A stretch of DNA of 64,000 bases from assembly GCA_963674735.2 (NCBI GenBank), contig CAXXQS010000001.1, positions 1,728,001 to 1,792,000 on the forward strand. The letters are read 5' to 3'. Position 1 is the first letter of the stretch; every line of letters begins with the position of its first letter. Positions 26,883-36,253 of this stretch are shown here, piece by piece. The position numbers and the translations under genes were made by a program. Source of the DNA: Myxococcota bacterium. GTDB taxonomy: Bacteria; Myxococcota_A; SURF-8. Under the pieces are notes generated by a model. The model searched no databases, was not told where the DNA came from, and saw only the letters and a program-made list of their open reading frames with translations.

Positions 26883-28058
26883 TAGGGTGTTTCAATTCTG
26901 GAATAGGATTCCCGGTTTCCACATATCACGCATGGTGGCTTTGACGGATCGTTTCCCTTTCACGGATTGCAGCAGAGCCAGCGCGATTTTGCGTAAGGCC
27001 GACAGCAGACCGGGGTTGCTCGTCACCCGGCAGCGATCTTCACCCATCGACACATCCAGCACGTAATGCAGGCGGTTTTCGATACCCCAGTGATCCCGGA
27101 AATGTTTCAGTAAGGTTTCAGAGGGCGTATCCGGAGGCAAGTCGGTGATGGCGAAACGTACGCCCTTGCGGATGTCCCCCGTCCGTTTGTCGATGCTTTC
27201 GCAATGGACGGCCAGGCCCATCGAAAGCCCCGGCCAGTCCCAGTAGCTTTTCATTTGGGGGAAGACATACAGACGCCGCGTTTCGATGCGGCCCGAAATC
27301 AAGGTCGTGGTCTCACGGGCGGGACGCTTGCCCCCACGATAGCGCCACAGGCGGGAGAGTTCGGTATGGAGCTCGTGCTGGTTATCCTTCAGTTTGAATA
27401 ACCAGTGCCCCCTTTTTCTTCAATCGTTTCGCAAAGTTCTCTCTGCGAAAACATCGCGTCGCCGCTGACCACCTTGCCCTGAAGATCGAGTTGCTTCAAT
27501 TGCTTCAAGGCGCTCTTGATTTCGCCTCCGGCCGGCTCGGAGGACGCCTGGGACAGCGCAATGCCTTTCGGCGTGGCGACGTTCACCACATGCAGGCGCT
27601 TGTCCCGGTGCAGACTGCCCTTGATCGTCTTGCCGTCCACCGCCACCTGCGTATCGGACCAGGCCAACTCCACGCCGACCTGGCGCAAAAGATCATTCAC
27701 CGGCAACAGGTCCATCTGCTGAAACAGATTCGTGTAGGTGCCCTGGGCCGGAATCCGTTTCCAGCCCAGAAATTCCAACAGATCCCGGTCGTAGGAGGTC
27801 CGCTGGAGAATCTCCTGTATCGTCGTCAGATTCCGCAGAAATCCGAGCACCAGCAGCAGAAGAAGAGCGTCTAACTGATAACGCCGCCCCTGCCCGCGGC
27901 GTGGGTCCGGCAGCCGCCGGAAACCCGCGCGCAGACGATAAAGAAACATCGATATCTCATTCGGACTCATCGCATTCCCTCCATCAGGCAGACATCAATA
28001 TCCCCTTAGAGGGAACCCACCACTCATTAATTCCCGGAAACAGAATTGAAACACCCTG
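26883..28058 (-). mobile_element. ISAs1-family element with 9-bp TSD
   Basis: IRs TAGGGTGTTTCAATTCTG / CAGAATTGAAACACCCTG; TSD CGGGACCGC at 26874-26882 and 28059-28067. Confidence 0.92.
26892..27970 (-). CDS. ISAs1 transposase split by a -1 frameshift at AAAAAGGGGG (~27408-27417)
   Basis: PDPRRGQGRRY, VAVDGKT, GEI, GDAMFSQ; after -1 shift KLKDNQHEL, GRIETR, HWGIENRLHYVLDV. Confidence 0.85.
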
Positions 28059-28122
28059 CGGGACCGCTTCCACGATTGACCATCCGTTCCGGTCCGGGTA
28101 CAACTCCAACGAGGAGGACCCC

Positions 28123-28446
28123 ATGGCCGATGTCATCAGACAAATCCGCAAAAACACCCGCCGAAAGTTCAGCGCCGACGAGAAGATCCGCATCGTCGTC
28201 GAGAGCTTGCGCGGCGAGATCCCGATTTCCGAGCTTTGCAGCAGAGAAGGCATTCAGCCCAGCCTGTTTTATCGCTGGTCCAAGCAGTTTCTGGAGGCCG
28301 GTAAAAACGGCCTGACGCGCGAGACGAAGCGCGATGCCTCGGACGATGAGGTGCGCGAGCTGAAGTCGGAGAACGAGCAGCTCAAGATTGCGCTGGCCGA
28401 AGAGCGATTGCGTGTCCTGAAATATAAAAAAAGCCTCGGCAATTAA
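28123..28446 (+). CDS. IS3 orfA; A7G -1 frameshift site at 28426-28433 fuses it to orfB
   Basis: GGAGG RBS; a -1 shift gives KKKPRQLSVRYKRMQAE in frame with orfB. Confidence 0.9.
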   Translation: MADVIRQIRKNTRRKFSADEKIRIVVESLRGEIPISELCSREGIQPSLFYRWSKQFLEAGKNGLTRETKRDASDDEVRELKSENEQLKIALAEERLRVLKYKKSLGN

Positions 28447-28463
28447 GCGTCCGGTACAAGCGG

Positions 28464-29471
28464 ATGCAAGCCGAGTTGAAACGGGCGGTGCTCGACGCCG
28501 TGGCGCGTTCGCCGTTTTCGGTGCGCAAGGCGCTGCGAGAGTTGGACGTGCCGCCGTCGACCTATTACCGTTGGAAGCGGGCCTTCGATGCGGGCGGCCA
28601 GGCGGCGCTGGCGGACAAGAGTCCGTACAAGGGCCGGGTGTGGAATCAGCTTCTCGATATCGAGCAGATGGAAGTTTTGAAGCTGGCGCAGGAATTCCCG
28701 GAGAAATCCTCGCGGGAGTTGGCCGTGCACCTCACGGACCATGGCGTGTTCGCCGTGTCCGAGTCGACGGTCTACCGCGTGCTCAAACGGGCCGGGCTGG
28801 TCTTTCCGCGTCCGGTGAAGACCTTTGCGGCCTCATCGGAGTACCGCTACAAGCCGAAGCGGGTCAACGAGCAGTGGCAGACCGACGCCAGCTATTTCAA
28901 GGCGCTGCATTGGGGCTGGTATTACCTGATCTCGGTTCTGGACGATAAAAGCCGCAAGATCCTGGCCTGGCGCTTACAACCCAGCATGCGGGCACCGGAT
29001 TTCTCGGAGGTGATCGAGGCGGCCTGCGAGTTTACAGGCGTGGACAGGATGGATGAGAACCGTAAGCCGCGCATCCTGTCCGACCGCGGCAGTGCGCTCG
29101 TTAGTGGCGAACTGGCGGAATATCTGGATATCAAAGGCATTCACCACATTTTCGCCGCCCCATACCACCCGCAGACCAACGGCAAGATCGAGCGCTATCA
29201 CAGAAGCCTGAAAGAGCGCGTGAACCAGAACGTGCACGAAACGCCGATCCAGATCGAAAACGAAATCCTGGAATTCGTGAATTGGTACAGCCAACGCCGG
29301 GTTCACGAAGCTCTTGGCAACGTCACACCGGATGACGTATACTTTGGCAGAAAGGAGGCGATCTTACGAAAACGAGCCGAATTGAAGCGAAGAACCCTTG
29401 AAAACCGAAAGATCAGGAACCGAAACCACCCGGACAGGAACGAACAACAAATGGCTCAACCTCTCCCTTAG
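28464..29471 (+). CDS. IS3 orfB, DDE integrase core
   Basis: WQTD, SDRG, NGKIERYHRSLK. Confidence 0.92.
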   Translation: MQAELKRAVLDAVARSPFSVRKALRELDVPPSTYYRWKRAFDAGGQAALADKSPYKGRVWNQLLDIEQMEVLKLAQEFPEKSSRELAVHLTDHGVFAVSESTVYRVLKRAGLVFPRPVKTFAASSEYRYKPKRVNEQWQTDASYFKALHWGWYYLISVLDDKSRKILAWRLQPSMRAPDFSEVIEAACEFTGVDRMDENRKPRILSDRGSALVSGELAEYLDIKGIHHIFAAPYHPQTNGKIERYHRSLKERVNQNVHETPIQIENEILEFVNWYSQRRVHEALGNVTPDDVYFGRKEAILRKRAELKRRTLENRKIRNRNHPDRNEQQMAQPLP

Positions 29472-29626
29472 AAAAACACCCCCATTTGTCCCATTCTTGC
29501 TGAAGATGTACACTGTCCAAAGATTTTCTCGCAACAAAAGTGATTCTCCGAAGCCAAAGCAACGATCTTGCCAGACATTTCAATCCTTCACTGGAATACA
29601 TATTCATGCCTGGATTACGCTGCCTC

Positions 29627-29687
29627 GTGGTAGCTCAGTGGTAGCTCAAAACGAAAACAGCCACCTAGCGATTAAGCTAAGTGGCTG
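29627..29687. other. Putative att-site accessory sequence: tandem arm-type repeats plus hairpin next to tRNA 3' end
   Basis: GTGGTAGCTCA x2 (29627-29648); CAGCCAC...GTGGCTG hairpin (29658-29687). Confidence 0.6.
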
Positions 29688-29694
29688 ATATCTT

Positions 29695-29770
29695 TGGTGG
29701 AGCTAGGCGGGATCGAACCGCCGGCCTCTTGAATGCCATTCAAGCGCTCTCCCAGCTGAGCTATAGCCCC
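29695..29770 (-). tRNA. tRNA-Ala (GGC)
   Basis: GGGGCTATAGCTCAGCTGGGAGAGCGCTTGAATGGCATTCAAGAGGCCGGCGGTTCGATCCCGCCTAGCTCCACCA; cloverleaf, G3:U70, CCA end. Confidence 0.98.
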
Positions 29771-29827
29771 TTTTCTGCAAAGATCCGCAACAGACGAGGT
29801 GGGATTTTAACGAGTTAGGGTCGTTTG

Positions 29828-30463
29828 TCAATATTTCTTTTCAGTTTTTTTCAAATCGGCCAGTGGATCCTTGGCCAAAACCGATTTCCTTGGTGCTTTC
29901 GGTTGGGTTTTCTTTGTTTTTGCTGGTTTTTTCGCCTTTCCATCATTTCTCAATACAGCCGACTTCGTTTTCTCACTCTCATGCGCAATGACCGGTTTCG
30001 GGACCGATGGGGTGAAATCGGACGCTTGAGTAGGCATTTCAGACTGATGCTGCTTAGAAGCTCCAGTAGAGGAATGTGGCGCTGAATCACTTTGACGCAC
30101 CACGTTTTCAAGAAAATCCCCTATTCCACCCGTTATATCACGAGCGATCGTTTCAGCAACTTCACCGACCCGAGTAACCCGCTCATCCGAAACCACACGA
30201 CCAACCACACGATCCAACGAAACAACAGCATCCTGAACAACGGAGGGCAACACCCGCCGCCCTTCAGCATAGATCTGATAAACCTGCTCTCCGGCTGCAC
30301 GCAACCAACGAGACCCATCGCGATCTTCTCCTTCGCCGTCCAATCGCGTGCGTTGTGATTCCGCCGAGCGCTTAACACTCTCGGCCATTGATTCGGCCTG
30401 AGATCTGGCATACGTGAAAAAAGCGCTCACTCCCTCCGTCACTCGTTTTTTCTCATCCGCCAT
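29828..30463 (-). CDS. Hypothetical protein with Lys/Ala-rich tail
   Basis: GGAGG RBS; 211-aa ORF. Confidence 0.7.
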   Translation of the reverse strand: MADEKKRVTEGVSAFFTYARSQAESMAESVKRSAESQRTRLDGEGEDRDGSRWLRAAGEQVYQIYAEGRRVLPSVVQDAVVSLDRVVGRVVSDERVTRVGEVAETIARDITGGIGDFLENVVRQSDSAPHSSTGASKQHQSEMPTQASDFTPSVPKPVIAHESEKTKSAVLRNDGKAKKPAKTKKTQPKAPRKSVLAKDPLADLKKTEKKY

Positions 30464-30862
30464 CGTACCTCCAATCCTTATTTAATTATTCGCGCTCTTA
30501 CGGGTTTTGTCAAGCCGCACAAAAGCCTGCACACATATTTCGGAAGAGCAACCCTCCCAACAAGAGAAACGGTAGCTAATAAACTTTTACAGTTTTACAG
30601 TTTTAATTTATTGTTTTACCAAACAAAGCCAATGAATTGCATATGTACTTGTTTTTTATGGTGTTTTATTCTTTCTTGACAAGGTTTTATAAACTATATT
30701 TTACATGTTTTTTTTATTGACAACCAAGCATGGGTCTGATAATGTTGCGCCACTTTTTTAAGGTGCAACTTAGCCTATCACTACAAAATGAGTAACAGCT
30801 GAAGCTGACACGGCTTTGACAAGTAGATCAAATACACGTACTAATTTAGGAGGTAAGCTCAA

Positions 30863-32152
30863 ATGACCACGTCGACTCCGAATCACGGCTGGCGCGTTGC
30901 CTTAGCGGGGACGGGCATCAACCTTGCTTTGGGTGTTTTGTACACCTGGAGTGTCATCTCCGGCGCAATTCCGGCCTCATGGGGCTGGGACAATGCCGAC
31001 AAAGCCCTACCCTATGCCATTGCCTGTTTCGTTTTTGCCCTCGTCATGGTTCCGGCGGGTCGTCTGCAGGATCGTATCGGTCCCCGCTGGGTCGCCACTT
31101 TGGGTGGTGTGTTGATCGGTCTGGGCTGCATCGTTGCCGGACTGTCCGGTTCATCGTTGGCTGGTTTCGTGATCGGCTTCGGTTTCCTGGCTGGCGCGGG
31201 GATCGGCTTCGGTTATGCATCGGCGACGCCGCCTGCGGTGAAATGGTTCCCGCCTGCCAAAACCGGGATGATCGCGGGTATCGTGGTCGCGGGCTTCGGT
31301 CTTGCTTCCGTCTATATCGCGCCGCTGGCTTCTCACCTTTTGCGTAGCTTCTCCTCGACCACCGACGCGGGCGTCGTTGAAATGGGCGTCTCCAACACCA
31401 TGTTCGTGTTTGGAGTGGCGTTCCTGATCATTGTTGTGATTCTGGCCCAACTCGTGAAAAATCCCCCCGAAGGTTACACGCCTCCGGTAGCGAAGAGCAG
31501 CAAAACCGGCGGTTCCGCCCCTGTGGCTAACGGCGATATGAACTGGAGCGACATGATCAAGACTCCCCAGTTCTGGATGCTTTGGTTCATGTTCGCTTGC
31601 GGTTCCGCTACAGGTTTGATGCTGATCGGCATCGCCACCAAACTTGGCAAAGCCTCCCTCGGTGAAGCGGCCTTCATGGTCGTGGTCGTGTTGTCCGTCG
31701 GCAACGCCGGTGGTCGCGTGTTGGCCGGTGTCGTTTCGGACAAAATCGGTCGTCAGTGGACCATGTTCGGTGCCTTCGTCTTGCAAGCGCTGATGGTGTT
31801 CGGACTGATCTTCATCGAGAATAATGCCATTTTACTGCTGGCCATCATCCTGATCGCCGGTGCCAACTATGGTTCCAATCTGACCCTGTTCCCCTCGGCC
31901 ACGAAAGATTACTTCGGCCTCAAGGGCTTCGGCTTGAATTACGGCATCATGTTCACGGCCTGGGGCGTGGGTGGTTTGATTCTGCCGCGCATTAACGGCA
32001 TGATCATCGATAAAACCGGTAATTCCAACATCACCTTCATGGTGGCCGGCGCCCTGATGATCATTGCGGCCGTGTTGACTTTCGTCAGCCGCGCGATGGC
32101 AAGCAAAGACCAAACGGTTGAAGAAGTAGTCGAGGCCTCTGCCAACGCTTAA
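30863..32152 (+). CDS. OFA-family MFS transporter (oxalate/formate antiporter-like)
   Basis: About 12 hydrophobic segments; GRLQDRIGPR, KWFP..KTGMIAG, SDKIGR, DYFGLKGFGLNYG. Confidence 0.9.
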   Translation: MTTSTPNHGWRVALAGTGINLALGVLYTWSVISGAIPASWGWDNADKALPYAIACFVFALVMVPAGRLQDRIGPRWVATLGGVLIGLGCIVAGLSGSSLAGFVIGFGFLAGAGIGFGYASATPPAVKWFPPAKTGMIAGIVVAGFGLASVYIAPLASHLLRSFSSTTDAGVVEMGVSNTMFVFGVAFLIIVVILAQLVKNPPEGYTPPVAKSSKTGGSAPVANGDMNWSDMIKTPQFWMLWFMFACGSATGLMLIGIATKLGKASLGEAAFMVVVVLSVGNAGGRVLAGVVSDKIGRQWTMFGAFVLQALMVFGLIFIENNAILLLAIILIAGANYGSNLTLFPSATKDYFGLKGFGLNYGIMFTAWGVGGLILPRINGMIIDKTGNSNITFMVAGALMIIAAVLTFVSRAMASKDQTVEEVVEASANA

Positions 32153-32180
32153 TCAACCAGTGGTATCCCTCCTTATCGGT

Positions 32181-32216
32181 GGCCGCTTCCCTATTGGAAG
32201 CGGCCGTTGATTTTTT
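32181..32216 (+). terminator. Rho-independent terminator
   Basis: GGCCGCTTCC-CTATT-GGAAGCGGCC followed by a T-rich tract. Confidence 0.7.
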
Positions 32217-32288
32217 ATGGAAGATCAAGGCTCGGATTCGCTTGCGTTGCATTCCGAGCGGTGGTAGAACGAGCCCACGGAGGTCACG

Positions 32289-32978
32289 ATGTCGACAGCA
32301 GATTCCATTCAGAAGCGATCCAAGCGTCCGATACGTAAGACGCTGCTTCAAGAGCTGTTTAATCTACCGAACCTTTTGACTTTAGGCCGGATTGCTGCCA
32401 TCCCCTTCGTTTGCGCATTGATGCTGCAAGATACCCGCGTTTACGCCTTCATCGCCGCTTTGGTCTATTCCATCGCCGCTCTCACCGACATGGTCGATGG
32501 ATACTTGGCCCGCAAAAAGCAACTCGTCACCCTCATCGGTAAATTTCTCGATCCCCTGGCCGACAAACTCATCGTCCTCACGATTCTTCTGACTTTACTG
32601 GCCATGCGACGCATTCCTCTCTGGATCGTGGCCATCATTCTCGCACGCGAAATCACCATTACGGGTTTACGCGCCATCGCTTCTTCGGAAGGTATGGTTA
32701 TCGATGCCAAACCGCTCGGTAAGTTTAAAACCGCGTTCCAGATGGTTGGCTTATTGGGACTGGTCATTCACTACACCTTCGGTATCAACCTGGGTTTTTA
32801 CGTCGGCGATTTCAACTTCCGCCGTATCGGGATGTACTTTCTCCTGTTGTCGCTCTTTTTCAGCATCACTTCCGCTTTTGATTATCTCTATGGATTCGCA
32901 AAAGAAATGAAACGTTTGCGGGCAAAGGCGGATCCGGAAGACTTCGAAGGCGATGACACGGACGACGCAGAATCATAA
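32289..32978 (+). CDS. pgsA: CDP-diacylglycerol--glycerol-3-phosphate 3-phosphatidyltransferase
   Basis: NLPNLLTLGRI, TDMVDGYLAR...GKFLDPLADK, GKFKTAFQ. Confidence 0.93.
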   Translation: MSTADSIQKRSKRPIRKTLLQELFNLPNLLTLGRIAAIPFVCALMLQDTRVYAFIAALVYSIAALTDMVDGYLARKKQLVTLIGKFLDPLADKLIVLTILLTLLAMRRIPLWIVAIILAREITITGLRAIASSEGMVIDAKPLGKFKTAFQMVGLLGLVIHYTFGINLGFYVGDFNFRRIGMYFLLLSLFFSITSAFDYLYGFAKEMKRLRAKADPEDFEGDDTDDAES

Positions 32979-33016
32979 GCAATCCTACCAGGCCACAAGC
33001 AGCCAACTGACTCGAC

Positions 33017-33047
33017 AAAAAAAAGCCGGGGTCTCGACCCCAGCTTT
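33017..33047 (-). terminator. Terminator between convergent genes (possibly bidirectional)
   Basis: A8, AGCCGGGGTC / GACCCCAGCT stem. Confidence 0.7.
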
Positions 33048-33067
33048 CATAATTGAAAATAATCCCG

Positions 33068-33535
33068 TTAGGCGAGACGTTTTCTCAGAAAATCCATTTT
33101 TTCCTGGCGCTGTGCCTGCATATGTTTGATCACGCCCTTTTCAATCTTCTTCCCGATCAGAGGAATGCCCACATCGATATTGATTTCATCGACGAACAGG
33201 CATTTATCGTCACCCTGCGGAATAATCGTCGTAGAGCCGTAGACATTCGATTTGGCTCCCAGTCCCTCGGCTGTACGAGTCCAGGTGTTTTTGTGATTTT
33301 GAAGATCCCAGTTGAACGTCATTTGCGCCGAGATCGTGCCGACACCCGGAATCGGCTCTTGCAGGTCCAGTTTCATCACGGCCCGATCTTCCGTTTTCTC
33401 GACCATCGTTGCCTTGGGATCGATCGCATTTTGCAACACACCCCATTCTTCGTTAAAACGCGGATCCAGCAGTTTCTCCATGATTGCGTCTACGGAGAAA
33501 TTGATTTCGTCTTTAAATTCAATACGTTGAGCCAT
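33068..33535 (-). CDS. DUF2505-like (START/SRPBCC fold) protein
   Basis: C-terminal VGIPLIGKKIEKGV pattern; AGGAGG RBS. Confidence 0.65.
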   Translation of the reverse strand: MAQRIEFKDEINFSVDAIMEKLLDPRFNEEWGVLQNAIDPKATMVEKTEDRAVMKLDLQEPIPGVGTISAQMTFNWDLQNHKNTWTRTAEGLGAKSNVYGSTTIIPQGDDKCLFVDEINIDVGIPLIGKKIEKGVIKHMQAQRQEKMDFLRKRLA

Positions 33536-33633
33536 CTAAACCTCCTATCGAAATGTATTCCACCATCGGGTGAAGAACATTATAGAAAATGCCGCAACAC
33601 CCGGCAACTTTTTGGTGAAAATAGTCAAATCGG

Positions 33634-36246
33634 TCATGCACGCCGCTGTCGCCTGCGACGTCCCCCAGGTCGCACAGCCGGGAGCCTATCAGCTGCTTTC
33701 GCTCCTCGGTGAGACTTCACTCCACCGGGGGGTCGCGCGGCACGTCGAAACTCTGGCTCTCCTGCAATCGCTTTCGCCGCCAAAATAGGATTGACGGCGA
33801 ACCACAGACGAAAGGCGTGCCTTTCCACGTTGTACATCAACTCATCGAACAAAATCCCCGCCTCACGCCGGAATTCCACCAACGGATCGAGATTTCCATA
33901 CCCGCGCAACCCGATACCTTCATCGATCCGCTCCAGATCAGTCAGGTATTGTGTCCAAAGCTTATCGAGAACCTGTAGGAGCGTCTGCCGCTCCCAATCC
34001 ATCAGGGCTTCGTCAGAGGGGCCGCCAAAACGCTGCAGGTATCGTCTCATCAACAGGTCTTCCGCCTCATCTCCGTTCAGCGGAGCTTTCTCTTCCGACC
34101 CCAAAGTCTGACCTGAAATGACCTCGACAATCTTGCTCCACACATTCCCCTTTACAGCGTCAAGACCGACATCACCTGTTTCATCCGATTCGGATATCCG
34201 GCGCAGGATCGCCTCTTTTACACGCGGCATCAGATCATGCAGCAAGTCACGGACGCTCTCCCGCCAATCTTCCATGTCACGCGCGCCAAGCAAACTGCGC
34301 CGCCAGCTCCAGGCGGTTTCGCGCTGCTCGTGAATCACCGTGTCATATTTCAACACTTCAAAGCGGACAGCCTCATTCTCGACCACCACCTTTTCCCGCA
34401 GAGCACTCAATATCGCTTCAACCTGCGGATTCTCCACCGGATCGTCATCCGGAAGTTCTGCACACATTTCCTGTAACTGTTTAAGCGCGCCCATCTGCCC
34501 AAATGCTCGATAGATCGGATCTTCGAAGGAGACGAAAAAAGCCGACGAGCCCGGATCTCCCTGACGTCCGGCACGACCGCGCAATTGATTATCCAGCCGG
34601 ACCGACTCGTGTTCACCGGTTCCGATTACATACAAGCCTCCCGCAGCCATGATGCGCTTTTGCTCCTGCGCACAAACATCCCGGTAACGTTCGAGAGCCT
34701 GCGAATACGCGGGGCTGCCGAGCAACCCCTCCCCTTCTGCCAGCTTCTCCGGATTCCCGCCCAAAATGATATCGGTACCGCGTCCAGCCATGTTGGTTGA
34801 AACCGTAACCGCCCCCATCCGTCCGGCCTGCGCAACAATGGCCGCTTCCTGGTCATCCTGCTTGGCATTGAGCACTTGATGAGGAATTTCCGTCTGATCG
34901 AGCAAGCGGGACAGTTGCTCGGACTCACGCACCGACACACTCCCAACTAGAATGGGACGACCAAGCGCATGCGCCTCGGCGATCTCCCGCACGACAGCAC
35001 GCTGTTTGGCAGCTAACGTTTTGAACACCAACCGCCGATAATCCTTGCGAATCATGGGCTTATGAGAAGGGATACGCCGCGTTTTTCTAAAATAGACCTT
35101 GCGAAACTCCTCGCGCTCAGAATAGGCCGTACCGGTCATGCCGCAAAGCCCCGGATAACCCCGAAAAAAGTGCTGGTAGCTGGTCTTGGCCAGGGTGACA
35201 TCTTCCCCCTGGATTTCCACTCGTTCTTTGGCTTCCAGTGCCTGGTGCAAGCCATCCGAGAAACGTTTGTCGGGAGAAACACGACCGGTATATTCGTCCA
35301 CGATGTGCACCCGCCCCTCTTCGACAATGTAGTCCACATCGTTTTCATAAACAGCATGAGCTTGTAACGCTTGATGGGCGGCGTGCATCCAGTGCAGGTT
35401 GTCCGGATGGGCAAGAGACCCCACCCCAAGGGCCGCTTCCAGTCGCGTCAAGCCTTCATCCGTGAGCGAGGCGGTACGGCTCTTCCGATCGACCGTATAG
35501 TCCCGCTGCGCGCTTAGACGGCGCAAGGCATGATCAACGGTCTGGAAATAGCGTGGATTTTCGTCACTGGGTCCACTGATGATAAGAGGCGTTTGCGCTT
35601 CGTCGATCAGAATCAGGTCGACTTCATCGACGATGCAAAAATTGAAGCCACGCTGCACCACTTCTTCTGCCGTAGCGGCGAGGTTATCCCGAAGGAAATC
35701 GAATACCAGTTCGTGGTTGGTTGCATACGTGATATCACAGGCATAGGCGGCACGCCGCGCGACCAGCTCTTCCTCATAGGATTGGCCCATTTCCTCCTGA
35801 ATCACTCCCACCGAAAGACCAAGCAAGCGATACACTCGCCCCATCCATTCCGCATCGCGCGTAGCCAGATAGTCGTTGACCGTAACCACATGAACGCCTT
35901 GACCGCCCATTGCATGCAGGACCGCCGCCAAGGTGGCAACCAGGGTTTTGCCTTCGCCCGTGGCCATTTCAACGATACGGCCGCGAGCCAACTCGATTCC
36001 ACCGATCAACTGAACATCGAAATGGCGCATATTCAGGCTGCGCCGAGCCGCTTCGCGCACCAAAGCGAAGCTCTCGGGTAAAAGCGCCATCAATGACTCG
36101 CCCTTCGCCAGGCGCTGCTTTAAAAGTTGAAGGGAAGTCGCCAGTTCTCCATCGGGAATGGCTCTGAATGACTCTTCTAAACAGTTGATTCGCCGCAGCA
36201 GCGATCGATCGGACGCTTCGAATAAGCCTTTAAATAACGACCACAT
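33634..36246 (-). CDS. secA: Preprotein translocase SecA paralogue (no C-terminal zinc-binding motif)
   Basis: MATGEGKT, VTVNDYLA, DEVD, GMTGTA, TNMAGRGTDI, QLRGRAGRQGDPG; no CPCGSGK tail; start reassigned to ATG 36246. Confidence 0.92.
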   Translation of the reverse strand: MWSLFKGLFEASDRSLLRRINCLEESFRAIPDGELATSLQLLKQRLAKGESLMALLPESFALVREAARRSLNMRHFDVQLIGGIELARGRIVEMATGEGKTLVATLAAVLHAMGGQGVHVVTVNDYLATRDAEWMGRVYRLLGLSVGVIQEEMGQSYEEELVARRAAYACDITYATNHELVFDFLRDNLAATAEEVVQRGFNFCIVDEVDLILIDEAQTPLIISGPSDENPRYFQTVDHALRRLSAQRDYTVDRKSRTASLTDEGLTRLEAALGVGSLAHPDNLHWMHAAHQALQAHAVYENDVDYIVEEGRVHIVDEYTGRVSPDKRFSDGLHQALEAKERVEIQGEDVTLAKTSYQHFFRGYPGLCGMTGTAYSEREEFRKVYFRKTRRIPSHKPMIRKDYRRLVFKTLAAKQRAVVREIAEAHALGRPILVGSVSVRESEQLSRLLDQTEIPHQVLNAKQDDQEAAIVAQAGRMGAVTVSTNMAGRGTDIILGGNPEKLAEGEGLLGSPAYSQALERYRDVCAQEQKRIMAAGGLYVIGTGEHESVRLDNQLRGRAGRQGDPGSSAFFVSFEDPIYRAFGQMGALKQLQEMCAELPDDDPVENPQVEAILSALREKVVVENEAVRFEVLKYDTVIHEQRETAWSWRRSLLGARDMEDWRESVRDLLHDLMPRVKEAILRRISESDETGDVGLDAVKGNVWSKIVEVISGQTLGSEEKAPLNGDEAEDLLMRRYLQRFGGPSDEALMDWERQTLLQVLDKLWTQYLTDLERIDEGIGLRGYGNLDPLVEFRREAGILFDELMYNVERHAFRLWFAVNPILAAKAIAGEPEFRRAARPPGGVKSHRGAKAADRLPAVRPGGRRRRQRRA

Positions 36247-36253
36247 AGAGGGA

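Larger units (their letters stand above)
28059..29512 (+). mobile_element. IS3-family element, copy C (coding region intact, left end missing)
   Basis: Ends TGTCCCATTCTTGCTGAAGATGTACA at 29512; inverted relative to copy B. Confidence 0.92.
1..29694. mobile_element. Genomic (defence / DNA-damage) island, tRNA-Ala-proximal part; other boundary outside window
   Basis: Dense IS, defence and pseudogene content stops abruptly at the 3' CCA end of tRNA-Ala; tandem arm-like repeats next to the tRNA; housekeeping genes follow. Confidence 0.7.

Noticed and set aside
30580-30860. AT-rich region with TTTTACAG repeats and several TTGACA boxes as a replication origin
   Set aside because: No DnaA-box cluster seen; adequately explained as the divergent promoter region of the MFS gene.
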